Source: an uncultured Candidatus Actinomarina sp. (GTDB lineage: Bacteria > Actinomycetota > Acidimicrobiia > Actinomarinales > Actinomarinaceae). Taken from it: a stretch of DNA of 64,000 bases. The notes under the pieces were generated by a model that was given only the letters and a program-made list of their open reading frames with translations, ran no database searches and was not told where the DNA came from. The DNA lies in NCBI GenBank assembly GCA_902510965.1, contig CABXDM010000002.1, positions 7,120 to 71,119 of the forward strand. Direction: 5' to 3'. Made by a program: the position numbers and the translations under genes. Positions 27,517 to 37,456 of this stretch are shown in pieces (the stretch's first letter is position 1; every line of letters starts with the position of its first letter).

Positions 27517-28421
27517 TGATTAACCAATAATTCCTGAGTTAAGCTGTATCTTGAAAGTTCTTCAATATTTTCCTCGACACTAGGTATTTCGTTATACCCC
27601 CCAAATTTCCAAAGTATTTTGTTTTGTTCAGGATTTAGTGTGCTCAGTGTTCTGTTTATCACGGTATCAGCCTCGGTTTTATTTATGCCTATGTCCTTTT
27701 TAAAGTATTTTGCGAAGAGGTGTAATAATTCATATTTAGTAACAACATCTGATGGTATTAAATGCTGGATTAAACCTGCATCATAATTATTTTCTATGAT
27801 TCCATTAATAACATTTGCAAAATTTAGTGTTGTAACACCATTCCATAAATGGTTGTTAAATCCACTTACTGAGTCAGACTGTTCATGGTAAAACCAATTA
27901 AGTAGAGACCTACCTGTGCCGGACTCTGGACCAATAATACTTGATCTAATAACAGTTTTATTTTTAACAATTATCTCACCTGCAATTTTGGTTTTTCCAT
28001 ATACGTCTGTAGCATCTGTATTAGCTTCCTCGTTATACATACCTTTTTCACCGTTAAAAACACAATCAGTACCAATTTGTAAATATTTAAAGTTAAATTC
28101 ATTTGTAGATTTAGCAATATTTAAAGGTAAAAAAGAATTAATATTTTGTGCATTAATAACAGATTTCCGATCGTTTTCTTTAATAAGTGGCTTAATTGCA
28201 CCAATACAATTTATGACAAAATCTGGTTGGACCGTGGATACAAGGTTTGTAAATCCCATTGATAAAGCATCAAAATTAATAATCTCACCATTTAAATATT
28301 CATTAACAGGCTCATCTCTACGAGATGTAAAAAAAAGCTTTCCAGATGATTTTTGTGAAAAGACATTCGCAAGCATATTTCCAAGCATGCCGTCTATACC
28401 TAAAATTAAAATATTACTCAT
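27513..28421 (-). CDS. RmlD/QnlA-like NDP-4-keto-6-deoxyhexose reductase
   Basis: LGIDGMLG, NCIG, TDCVF.G..G.Y.E, YGKTK..GE, RSSIIG, WNGVTT; start MSNILILG at 28421. Confidence 0.85.
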   Translation of the reverse strand: MSNILILGIDGMLGNMLANVFSQKSSGKLFFTSRRDEPVNEYLNGEIINFDALSMGFTNLVSTVQPDFVINCIGAIKPLIKENDRKSVINAQNINSFLPLNIAKSTNEFNFKYLQIGTDCVFNGEKGMYNEEANTDATDVYGKTKIAGEIIVKNKTVIRSSIIGPESGTGRSLLNWFYHEQSDSVSGFNNHLWNGVTTLNFANVINGIIENNYDAGLIQHLIPSDVVTKYELLHLFAKYFKKDIGINKTEADTVINRTLSTLNPEQNKILWKFGGYNEIPSVEENIEELSRYSLTQELLVNQ

Positions 28422-28860
28422 AAAAGTTTGGATTATGTTTTTCCCAGGGGTTCCAAAATTGTGCATCAATTCTAAAATCATCACTTGAAGATTCACCTAA
28501 ACTTGTTGAAGAAAAATATCTAATTTCATTTTCATCTGTAAGATTCATTGCTCCATTCGCGTATCCACCTGGGATGAACAAAACACTATTTTCAGAATTT
28601 AATACATACTCTTTAACTTCTGCTTTCATATCGGGATTATCAAAACTGTCTACTTTTACAACACAGACCAAGAATTCACCTTTTTGTACAGTTACCCATT
28701 TTTTTTCATTTTGATGTCCATGCCAGGCTCTTACAGTTTTAACTAATGTATTTGTAACTACGTAGCTCCTTTTTACATCAGTCATGTCAAAGTCATTTAC
28801 AAATGTAACCTGTCCCCTCTCATCTACTGAACTATTGATGTGGTATGAAATTGGTTCCAT
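28414..28860 (-). CDS. RmlC-like cupin (sugar 3,5-epimerase-like)
   Basis: DERG, VRAWHGH..E.KW, LFIPGGYANG, DDFR. Confidence 0.85.
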   Translation of the reverse strand: MEPISYHINSSVDERGQVTFVNDFDMTDVKRSYVVTNTLVKTVRAWHGHQNEKKWVTVQKGEFLVCVVKVDSFDNPDMKAEVKEYVLNSENSVLFIPGGYANGAMNLTDENEIRYFSSTSLGESSSDDFRIDAQFWNPWEKHNPNFYE

Positions 28861-29792
28861 TATTTTACTCCATATAAATTAAGAAAATTTTGATTTGAAT
28901 ATCTGGGATCACTAATGTCTTTTATTCTGTTCTTAGATATCAACTCATAAATCTCATCTATACCTACCTTTAGATCTACTTCAGCCTTGAATCCAGTCTC
29001 TTTATGAAGCTTTTCACTTGTTACTTGATAATTTCTTGCATCTTGGAACTCCAATGGTGTTTTGATAATTTCCGCTGTAGTTATTTTTTTTTCAATTTCC
29101 TCAGCTATTTCTATTATTTTGAAATTTTGATAGTGTAAGTTAAATATTCCATTTACTTTGGTCTCTATAGTTACATCAATCGCATTTGCTACATCATTTA
29201 CATGTAAAAGAGGTCTCCATTGATCCCCGCCAAAAACGCTCATCTTATTTTCCATCAGTGCTTTGGTTACAAGTATGTTAACGACTAAATCAAGTCTAAT
29301 TCTTGAATACTGATCACTTATTCCAAATAGTGTTCCAAGGCGAAAAATTATAACATTTGAATCTTCTAAATACTTTTCTGCAATTAGTTTTGAACTGGCA
29401 TATTCTGAAAGTGGATTTGTAGAAGAGTCTTCAGATAATACTCCTTCTTGTGCTCCGTAAACAGAGCAAGTTGAGAGAAAAACGATTCTTCCTGAGTAGT
29501 TTTTGGTCAAGTTTTTTACACTCTCTGCGTTTATTTCTTGCGTGAGGCTCGGGTTGATACTACAAGCTCCGTCTCCAACAAGGGCAGCTAGCCAAATTAC
29601 AGAATCATAATTGTTTAAAATAGAATTAAGTTTTTTATGATCTCTAATATCTCCATAAATAAAATTAACGTCTTTCCTATAAGAAGTTTCATATACAAGT
29701 GAGTCATAGACTGTTACCTCATGGTTAGGAACTAATTTGTCAACGATACCTCCGCCAACATAACCTGCGCCACCAACTACTAATATTTTCAT
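28860..29792 (-). CDS. NAD-dependent epimerase/dehydratase (extended SDR)
   Basis: GGAGYVG, GDIRD, STCSVYG, YASSK, RLDLVVN, QWRPLLHVNDVA. Confidence 0.88.
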   Translation of the reverse strand: MKILVVGGAGYVGGGIVDKLVPNHEVTVYDSLVYETSYRKDVNFIYGDIRDHKKLNSILNNYDSVIWLAALVGDGACSINPSLTQEINAESVKNLTKNYSGRIVFLSTCSVYGAQEGVLSEDSSTNPLSEYASSKLIAEKYLEDSNVIIFRLGTLFGISDQYSRIRLDLVVNILVTKALMENKMSVFGGDQWRPLLHVNDVANAIDVTIETKVNGIFNLHYQNFKIIEIAEEIEKKITTAEIIKTPLEFQDARNYQVTSEKLHKETGFKAEVDLKVGIDEIYELISKNRIKDISDPRYSNQNFLNLYGVK

Positions 29793-29834
29793 CTATTCAA
29801 TAGTATATGTTTCAATTCGCTAATAAAGGTGTAT

Positions 29835-31037
29835 TTAAACATCGAAAGAATCTTTATTTTTGATTTCTCTAATTAAAAGAAAGCTTGATAAATATAAATA
29901 CCAGGAAATACTGTGATTCTGTAATAGATCACTAGAAAAACTTAAAACAAAAAAAGCAGCTACTACATAAAAATGTGGTGATAGGTTAAATAAAGTTTTT
30001 AATCTAAGTGTGTAAGTAATTATATTTTTAAATATCAATAAATACAAAATCAATCCAAAGACTCCATAATTTAAAATAATGAATAAAAAAGAATTATGCG
30101 GACCATAAGATACTGTATTTTGATCGAACTTATTACTGTTGATTATTTCATCTCCACTGACAATAAAACTATCGTGGCCCCTACCAATGAGATTATTAAG
30201 AAGTGTATCATCAAGTAAATACTCCACAGCTCCAACACTCATATCAACTCTATCCTGGATACCTGCATTATCATCATTGCTAAATCTCTCAATTAATCCG
30301 AAATTGGCACAAACCAAGATGGAGGCAAAAATAATGCCTAAACTTAACATTTTAGTTTGGGTGCTTAAAGCTCTGAGAATAATAAAAATAATTAATACAA
30401 TTAGTGAAAATCTTGAGTATGTAAAGAAACATCCCAAAATTGCAAGACTTGAAATGTATGGAAAATAATTATCTTCTAATTTAAAAATTGTATAGATTCC
30501 AGTTACAACAATTAGATCAGCATAACTATTGGGGCCTCCTGCTTGGAAACCATTAACCCTACCTTTGATGTAGTCGATATCACTAAGATTTAGACCTATA
30601 TTCCAATTGTTGTAAAGATCTGTCCCTAAATTAATTGAAAAGAAATATGCAATAATTGAAAAACTACTACAGAAGATAAAAAGATATACAGGTAAATATT
30701 CATAGTAACTTTCCATTTTATTTCCTAGGATGAAAAAGAAAATAATTGCATAAAATGCAAACCTTAGTATTTCGTTATTAAAAAAACCATTTCCAAGATA
30801 GATATTCTGAATTAACAGGTACAAAATAAAAAAATCAATAAGTAGGTACCCTTTAATTGATTTGAAGTTATCAAATAAAGACGTAATTCTAGTGAAAAAC
30901 AATATAAGAAATAGTAATACAGGTATGTCATCAGTATGGAGAACGTCTTCGATAATGTTAAAATGTGGTATTAATGGTATAAAAAATAGAATATTTAATG
31001 GTGAAAGACTTTTAATTTTTTTAAGTAATAATTGCAC
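29835..31037 (-). CDS. O-antigen ligase/Wzy_C family membrane protein
   Basis: GRVNGFQAGGPN, TYSR, IGRG, PHNSFLFIILNYGVFG; about 11 TM. Confidence 0.85.
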   Translation of the reverse strand: MQLLLKKIKSLSPLNILFFIPLIPHFNIIEDVLHTDDIPVLLFLILFFTRITSLFDNFKSIKGYLLIDFFILYLLIQNIYLGNGFFNNEILRFAFYAIIFFFILGNKMESYYEYLPVYLFIFCSSFSIIAYFFSINLGTDLYNNWNIGLNLSDIDYIKGRVNGFQAGGPNSYADLIVVTGIYTIFKLEDNYFPYISSLAILGCFFTYSRFSLIVLIIFIILRALSTQTKMLSLGIIFASILVCANFGLIERFSNDDNAGIQDRVDMSVGAVEYLLDDTLLNNLIGRGHDSFIVSGDEIINSNKFDQNTVSYGPHNSFLFIILNYGVFGLILYLLIFKNIITYTLRLKTLFNLSPHFYVVAAFFVLSFSSDLLQNHSISWYLYLSSFLLIREIKNKDSFDV

Positions 31038-31106
31038 TAATAAAATTCTACTTTTTAAAATTAAATAAATACTATTTAAATCTTTTTAAAGAATTAAATA
31101 TATTTT

Positions 31107-31115
31107 TGGTAGCAT
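31107..31115 (+). promoter_or_regulatory. Extended -10 element (TG-G-TAGCAT), 7 nt before GTG 31123
   Basis: TGnTANNNT consensus at the same spacing seen before many other starts in the window. Confidence 0.55.
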
Positions 31116-31122
31116 GATTGTT

Positions 31123-32112
31123 GTGAATAACAAAGTAATCATTTCAGGTAGTGCAGGATTTATAGGCTTTCATCTTACAAAAAAACTTATGAATATGGGT
31201 TTTGAGGTGATAGGTATTGATTCCCTCAATGACGCTTACGATGTAAGATTAAAAAATTTACGATTAAATGAACTTAGTAATAATAAGAATTATGAATTTC
31301 ATGAGTTAAATTTATCAGAACCAACTTCTATTTCGCAACTTCAAACATTAAATACTCAAGCGCAAACTTTTTATCATATGGCGGCTCGCGCAGGTGTAAG
31401 GCAGAGCTTTTTAGAACCTTACAGTTATGTACTCGACAATACAGTTGCAACAACAAATGTTGCTAATTTTTGCAAAGTAACAGGGGTGTCATCATTAATA
31501 CTTGCCTCCACATCCTCAATTTATGGTGACAGTGGAGAAAATTTAATGCGAGAAAACAAAGATGAGAGAATTCAACCCCCCTCCGTTTATGCTAGTACAA
31601 AACTTTCAGGAGAAATTTTGGCTAAAACAATACTTGATGAATCAGATACAAAAGTTTTAATACCAAGATTTTTTACAGTCTATGGCCCATATGGAAGACC
31701 AGATATGTCTATTTTACGATTTATTCACTGGATAATTAATAAAAAGGAAGTACAAGTTTTTGGAAACGGAGAACAAAGGAGATCATTTACTTATGTAGAT
31801 GATGTAGTTTCAGCTTTAGTTAAAGTGATGAACCATAATTCCTCTGACACCTTTAACATTGGTTCAAATAATACCGTATCTCTAAATCGTGTTATTGAAA
31901 TAATAGAAGATAGTACTGATATGAAGTCTATTGTCGTTAATAAAGAAAGAGCTATAAAAGACCCAGATGTAGTAAAGCCAGATTTAAGCCATATTAAACA
32001 AACACTCGACTGGGAACCCACAACCTTAATAGACCATGGTGTACAAAAAACTGTAGAATGGTACCTTGAAAATATAGAGTTGCTAAAATCATTAAATTAC
32101 ATAAACAAATAA
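31123..32112 (+). CDS. UDP-glucuronate 4-epimerase-like SDR
   Basis: GSAGFIGFH, AARAGVRQS, ASTSSIYG, YASTK, RFFTVYGPYGRPDMS; start 31123 or 31114. Confidence 0.88.
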   Translation: MNNKVIISGSAGFIGFHLTKKLMNMGFEVIGIDSLNDAYDVRLKNLRLNELSNNKNYEFHELNLSEPTSISQLQTLNTQAQTFYHMAARAGVRQSFLEPYSYVLDNTVATTNVANFCKVTGVSSLILASTSSIYGDSGENLMRENKDERIQPPSVYASTKLSGEILAKTILDESDTKVLIPRFFTVYGPYGRPDMSILRFIHWIINKKEVQVFGNGEQRRSFTYVDDVVSALVKVMNHNSSDTFNIGSNNTVSLNRVIEIIEDSTDMKSIVVNKERAIKDPDVVKPDLSHIKQTLDWEPTTLIDHGVQKTVEWYLENIELLKSLNYINK

Positions 32113-32113
32113 T

Positions 32114-33076
32114 ATGAAAAAAATAATAATTACTGGTGGGGCCGGCTTTATTGGTTCCCACTTAATAGAAAAATTAATCAAGACTGAAGTTGAGGAAATA
32201 CTTGTTATAGATGACCTATCCACAGGTAAAAGTGCTAATCTTTCAAAATTTAACGATAGTAACAAAGTTAAATTTATTAATAAGAAAGTTGAAGATGTTC
32301 AAAACTTAGATGAGACCTTTGAGGGATATGACTTTTGCTATCATTTAGCGGCTGGCGTTGGAGTTCAGTATATTATGGAAAATTTAAGTAAGTCATTACT
32401 CACAAATATCTTGGCGACTCACGAAGTGTTTGAAGCTTGTAAGAAAAATAATATTCCAGTATTAGTTACTTCAACATCTGAAGTTTATGGTGTCTCTGAA
32501 GATAAAGAGTGGACAGAGGAATCAAGGAGTTTAATTGGCCCAACAACAAAATTACGATGGTCATATGCTGCATCAAAAATGATTGATGAATTTTTAGCAC
32601 TATCTGAATACGAAGAAGGAAAGCTTAATCCGATAATCGTAAGACTCTTCAACATTATTGGGCCGAATCAACTATCAGAATATGGAATGGTAGTTCCTAA
32701 GTTTATTGATGCTGCCCTAAATAATAATGATATTATTATCCATGGTGATGGAAGCCAATCTCGATCTTTTACATGGGTAGATGATGTGACTAGTTATTTC
32801 ATTAAACTCGCTGAAATGAAGGCTTATGGTGAAGTATTTAATATTGGCCAGACCCAAGAAATAACAATTAAAGATTTAGCTGAACTTATAATTGAGACAT
32901 GTGATTCAAAATCACAAATAAATTACATTCAACATGAAGAAGTATTCGGGAATAAATTTGAAGATCCAACTAGAAGAACTCCAAACATAGATAAAATTGT
33001 TAATTTTACTGGCATGACTCCGACTAAAGATATTAATTCTATGATTAAAGAGATAGTTGCACACAAAAAAAAATAA
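32114..33076 (+). CDS. NAD-dependent epimerase/dehydratase (UDP-sugar epimerase or ArnA-decarboxylase-like subfamily)
   Basis: TGGAGFIGSH, HLAAGVGV, STSEVYG, RWSYAASK, RLFNIIGP, GDGSQSRSF. Confidence 0.88.
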   Translation: MKKIIITGGAGFIGSHLIEKLIKTEVEEILVIDDLSTGKSANLSKFNDSNKVKFINKKVEDVQNLDETFEGYDFCYHLAAGVGVQYIMENLSKSLLTNILATHEVFEACKKNNIPVLVTSTSEVYGVSEDKEWTEESRSLIGPTTKLRWSYAASKMIDEFLALSEYEEGKLNPIIVRLFNIIGPNQLSEYGMVVPKFIDAALNNNDIIIHGDGSQSRSFTWVDDVTSYFIKLAEMKAYGEVFNIGQTQEITIKDLAELIIETCDSKSQINYIQHEEVFGNKFEDPTRRTPNIDKIVNFTGMTPTKDINSMIKEIVAHKKK

Positions 33077-33094
33077 CTTAATAGAATTTAAACT

Positions 33095-34231
33095 ATGAAC
33101 ATTTTAATAACTGTAGGAATATTTCCTCCAGATATTGGCGGACCGGCAAGTTTTGTTCCTAAAATTTCTAATTTCTTGATAGAGAATGGTCACAATGTAA
33201 AAATTATTTGTTTATCTGAAGTGAGTAATAATCATATTGAAGATAATTTAGATGTAATAAGAATTAGAAGATCAAACAGTCTGCCTATTCGCTGGTTAAA
33301 AACAATTTACCAAATCGTCAAAAGTGGAAAAAATAGTGATCTGATTTTCGTTAATGGGCTCGGAGTTGAGTCAACCATAGCAGCTCTCATACTCAAGAAA
33401 AAACTAATCAGAAAGATCGTAGGCGATCCTGTCTGGGAAAGAGCTTACAACCAAAAAAAGACGATTGAGTCTTTTGATGAGTTTCAGAACAACAAACACT
33501 CTTTTCTAATTGAAGTTCAAAAATTACTGAGAAACTGGAGTATCAATTCTGCTGAAATAGTAATTACTCCTTCTGATCATTTAAAAAATTTTGTATCTGA
33601 ATTAGGGTTTAGCAATGAAATTTTAAAAATAAATAACGGAGTTGATATTACAGATATTAAAATAACAAATGTAGATAAAGCTGATATCAACTTATTGATT
33701 ATTTCAAGATTAGTGATTCAGAAAAATATAAATATAGTTATAGAAGCAATGGAATTACTAGATAATAAGAACGTAAAACTTAGCATAATTGGTGAAGGTG
33801 GTGAGTTCAGTACATTAGAAGGGGTAATACATGAATTGAATTTACAAAATCGAGTTCAACTTTTAGGTAAAATTGATAACAATAAAATCTCTCAGTTTCT
33901 ACTTGCTGCAGATATCTTCATACAAGCATCTGATTATGAAGGTCTACCCCATTCGGTACTGGAAGCAATTAATAATGAGGTTCCTATATTAAGTACCGAA
34001 GTTGGTGGCTGTAAAGACTTGTTAAATGACGGTGAGCGTGGATTTATTATTCCCATACCACCAGATAAGAAAATTATTGCTGAGAATATCACCTATATTA
34101 TTGATAATAAAGATGAAGCAACTAAAAGAGCTGATGCAGCAAAAGTGTTCATTAGTAAAGAATATAGTTTTTTAGTACAGGCAAAACAATATATGAAAAT
34201 TTTCCAACAAAATGAAAAAATAGAATTATGA
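33095..34231 (+). CDS. Glycosyltransferase family 4
   Basis: GIFPPDIGGPA, IVGDPVWER, SRL..QKN, SDYEGLPHSVLEA. Confidence 0.92.
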   Translation: MNILITVGIFPPDIGGPASFVPKISNFLIENGHNVKIICLSEVSNNHIEDNLDVIRIRRSNSLPIRWLKTIYQIVKSGKNSDLIFVNGLGVESTIAALILKKKLIRKIVGDPVWERAYNQKKTIESFDEFQNNKHSFLIEVQKLLRNWSINSAEIVITPSDHLKNFVSELGFSNEILKINNGVDITDIKITNVDKADINLLIISRLVIQKNINIVIEAMELLDNKNVKLSIIGEGGEFSTLEGVIHELNLQNRVQLLGKIDNNKISQFLLAADIFIQASDYEGLPHSVLEAINNEVPILSTEVGGCKDLLNDGERGFIIPIPPDKKIIAENITYIIDNKDEATKRADAAKVFISKEYSFLVQAKQYMKIFQQNEKIEL

Positions 34232-35283
34232 AAAAAGAGAAAATATTAATTTTTAACATATCTACAGACTCAAACAATACTTCACTTGGATTTGCGATAA
34301 ATTGGCTAAATCAATTATCTGAATATTACACAGAAATTGATGTCGTGACATTAAATGAAGGTGCAACCCATATCTTAAATGACAATATAAATGTATATAG
34401 TCATGATTCTGTAAATACAAATAAGATAACAAAATTCATCTCACTAAGAAAAATTATCAAAAACCTATTAAAAAATAATGAATATAGATTCTGTCTCTCA
34501 CATATGACAACCTCTTTAACATTAGTAAGTTCAAGTATATTTAGATTTCAAAATCTGCAGTCTATCCTTTGGTACACACACAAGGGTCCCACTACTTTTA
34601 TAAAGAAAATTGTTCTCTATTTGGGCGCATTATTTTCAGATAGAATAATTACGGCTTCAGAGAATTCATTTCCTTTAAAGTTTAAAAAAGTAAATTCTAT
34701 TGGGCATGCCATTAACTATGAAGATTTTTATAGAAGTAGAGTCAATACGGGATCGAAAGATTTTCTCATCTTAAGCAGAATTTCCAAATCAAAAAATATT
34801 GAGGAATCTATTGAAGGTTTTTTAAATAGTGTTTATGGGGATTCCCAGAGTATCACAATCGTGGGAGGCCCTCTAACAAAGCAAGATGTTGATTATGAAA
34901 GTTATTTAAAAAATAAATACTCTGAATTTCGAAATATAAGTTTTGTCGGTTCTATCCCTCATTCCAGTTTAAGTACATATATAGATAAAACTGGATTCCA
35001 CATCAACAACACTCCAAAAGGTTTTTATGATAAGAGTGTCCTTGAAACGTTATCTGGTGGAATTATTAATTTTTATATGAATTCAGAATATGACAAAAAT
35101 ATTCATCCTGAATATCTCAACATTCTAAAGTTTGATGGTACAAAAGATGACTTAACGAAAAGTATAAATTTAATTTCAGAACTAGAAAAAGATTTTCTTA
35201 TAGAAATTATTCAATTTTCACAGGAAAAAGTTAAAGACGAGTCACTGAAAACTTTACACCAGAGAATATTAAAAGTTATTTAG
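34228..35283 (+). CDS. Glycosyltransferase family 4
   Basis: LGFAINW, HM, LWYTH, GHAI, SRISKSK, GFYDKSVLE. Confidence 0.85.
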   Translation: MKKEKILIFNISTDSNNTSLGFAINWLNQLSEYYTEIDVVTLNEGATHILNDNINVYSHDSVNTNKITKFISLRKIIKNLLKNNEYRFCLSHMTTSLTLVSSSIFRFQNLQSILWYTHKGPTTFIKKIVLYLGALFSDRIITASENSFPLKFKKVNSIGHAINYEDFYRSRVNTGSKDFLILSRISKSKNIEESIEGFLNSVYGDSQSITIVGGPLTKQDVDYESYLKNKYSEFRNISFVGSIPHSSLSTYIDKTGFHINNTPKGFYDKSVLETLSGGIINFYMNSEYDKNIHPEYLNILKFDGTKDDLTKSINLISELEKDFLIEIIQFSQEKVKDESLKTLHQRILKVI

Positions 35284-36214
35284 ATAACTCTTTTTTTATC
35301 CATTCAATAGTTGTATTCAAACCGGTTTCTAAGCCTACTTTTGGTTCCCAGTTAAGTTTTTCTTTAGCTTTACTAATGTCTGGTCTTCTTTGTTGGGGAT
35401 CATCATTTGGTAATGGTTTATAAATTATCTCAGATTTCGAGTTTGTAAGTTTTAATATTGTCTCGGCTAATTCTTTAACAGTCATTTCATAAGGGTTGCC
35501 GATATTAAAGACTTCATAATGATTTGATTCCATCATTGCAAGAATTCCAGCCACTGTATCGGATACATAGGAAAAACTTCTAGTTTGCGAGCCGTCTCCA
35601 TAAATAGTTAAATCTTCATCATTAAGTGCCTGTACTATAAGATTTGTGACTACCCTGCCATCGTTTAGCTGCATGTTTGGCCCATAGGTGTTGAATATCC
35701 TAATTATTTTTGTCTTTATGTCATAGCTTCTTGCATATGTTGCTGTTGCAGCCTCTGCAAATCTTTTTGCCTCATCATACATGCTTCTTTCCCCGTTTGG
35801 ATTGACATTTCCCCAATATTCTTCATTTTGAGGAGTAATTAAAGGGTCTCCATAAACCTCAGAGGTAGAAGCCAAGAAATATTCAGCACCATGCTTCCTA
35901 GCTAAACCTAGAGTGTTTATTGTTCCAAGGCTTCCAGCTTTTAAGGTATTCACTGGATTTTCCGTATATGCAACTGGTGATGCGGCACTTGCTAAATGAA
36001 ATACATAGTCAACTTTTTCATCTATTTCTATATGATCTTGAACGTCATGTTGGATAAATGTTGTATTTTCATGATCTAATAAGTCTTGAATATTGTCTAG
36101 GTTTCCAGTTAGTAGATTATCTACAACAATTAACTTGTTTTCACCATTTTTGAGTAGCTCCTTAGAGAGATGCGAGCCTATAAAACCTGATCCACCTGTT
36201 AAAACAATATTCAT
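35276..36214 (-). CDS. UDP-glucuronate decarboxylase (UDP-xylose synthase)
   Basis: HLASAASP, ASTSEVYGDP, YWGNVNP.G.RS.YDEAKR, RIFNTYGP, DGRVV, DDPQQRRPDI. Confidence 0.93.
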   Translation of the reverse strand: MNIVLTGGSGFIGSHLSKELLKNGENKLIVVDNLLTGNLDNIQDLLDHENTTFIQHDVQDHIEIDEKVDYVFHLASAASPVAYTENPVNTLKAGSLGTINTLGLARKHGAEYFLASTSEVYGDPLITPQNEEYWGNVNPNGERSMYDEAKRFAEAATATYARSYDIKTKIIRIFNTYGPNMQLNDGRVVTNLIVQALNDEDLTIYGDGSQTRSFSYVSDTVAGILAMMESNHYEVFNIGNPYEMTVKELAETILKLTNSKSEIIYKPLPNDDPQQRRPDISKAKEKLNWEPKVGLETGLNTTIEWIKKELSK

Positions 36215-36218
36215 CTTT

Positions 36219-37415
36219 TTACCATGGTGTATACAAAATAGAGTTAGTTTCAGTTAAGATAGTTTCAATTTTTTCCATAAGTGTTTTCTTAATCGGATAC
36301 ATCAGCACTACTAAAGTTTTATCAGAAATATCATCAAGATTATCTACTGAATTATATTCAGCAAGTTCAACCATTTCGTCATAGATAAAAGCATTTACGT
36401 CTTTTTGGATTAACATTTTATAGATATCTAAAGTTGGTGAATTTCTTAAATCGTCGGTATCTTCTTTAAAGGCAGCACCAATCAATAATACTGAATTTAT
36501 ATTCTCATTGCTGAGTATTGATGTTAATTTATTTACAGTCCATTTAGTTTGAATATCATTTGATTCAATTATATTTGAGATTATAGGCAGCATAACTTCA
36601 CCTTCTTTATAAAAATTGTTGACTTCAATCAAATCCTTTGGAAAACAAGAACCTCCCCAAGCTGGAGATGGTCTAAAGTAATGCGAACCAATTCTTGAAT
36701 CTAAACCAATCCCCTTAAGAACATCAACCTGATTACCATTAGAATGATCAATTAATCTTGCTGCTTCATTCACAAATGAAAGCCTTAAAGGTAAATATGT
36801 GTTTGCTAAATATTTAATAAGCTGTGAACTAATCGGATCAGTCTCTATAAGTTCTGCATCAAAGCCTTTGTATAATTCTCTTAGAATGGAAATTTTTTCG
36901 GGATCATTCCCTCCTATTACAATTCTGTCAGGTTGAAAAAAATCTTCAATGGCTGTGCCTTCTCTGAGGAATTCAGGATTGAATGTAATTTCGTTTTTAT
37001 CCATCCCTACCTTATTACAAACTTTCTCAATTTCATAAGGAGGAATAGTTGATTTTACTGTAACAACTAATTTTGGGTTGTTGAGGTTATTTATCTCTGT
37101 AATTGCCGATTCAAGAAATCTGGTATCAACAGAATTGGTCTCAAGATTGTTTGGGGTTTGTACACAGATAAATGCCACATCTGTATCTTCCCAGTCGATT
37201 TCATCATATGAAGATGTGAAAGACATTCTTGAAAATGTTTCATTATCCTGAAAATGTTCTTCAAGACCAGGTTCATAGAATGGGACTTGTTTGTCTTTAA
37301 GTTTTGAAACTTTGTTTTCATCTAAATCAACAAAGCTCACACTGTTGCCAAGACTTGCAAAGCCAACCCCTGTAACTAAGCCTACATAACCTGTTCCTAT
37401 GACGACTAAATTCAT
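36219..37415 (-). CDS. ugd: UDP-glucose 6-dehydrogenase
   Basis: GTGYVGL, KST, NPEFLREG, GGSCFPKD, FKEDTDDLRNSP; start MNLVVIG at 37415. Confidence 0.92.
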   Translation of the reverse strand: MNLVVIGTGYVGLVTGVGFASLGNSVSFVDLDENKVSKLKDKQVPFYEPGLEEHFQDNETFSRMSFTSSYDEIDWEDTDVAFICVQTPNNLETNSVDTRFLESAITEINNLNNPKLVVTVKSTIPPYEIEKVCNKVGMDKNEITFNPEFLREGTAIEDFFQPDRIVIGGNDPEKISILRELYKGFDAELIETDPISSQLIKYLANTYLPLRLSFVNEAARLIDHSNGNQVDVLKGIGLDSRIGSHYFRPSPAWGGSCFPKDLIEVNNFYKEGEVMLPIISNIIESNDIQTKWTVNKLTSILSNENINSVLLIGAAFKEDTDDLRNSPTLDIYKMLIQKDVNAFIYDEMVELAEYNSVDNLDDISDKTLVVLMYPIKKTLMEKIETILTETNSILYTPW

Positions 37416-37423
37416 ATTAGGCA

Positions 37424-37449
37424 ATGTTAACAAATTTAAGACTTAAAAT
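37424..37449. promoter_or_regulatory. Back-to-back -10 elements in a 41-bp divergent gap
   Basis: Minus strand TG-T-TAACAT (37432-37424), 8 nt before the ugd ATG; plus strand TAAAAT (37444-37449), 7 nt before ATG 37457. Confidence 0.55.
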
Positions 37450-37456
37450 GGTGTTA

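Noticed and set aside
27916..28488. 190-aa plus-strand ORF
   Set aside because: Antisense shadow of the RmlD-like and cupin genes; no motifs of its own.
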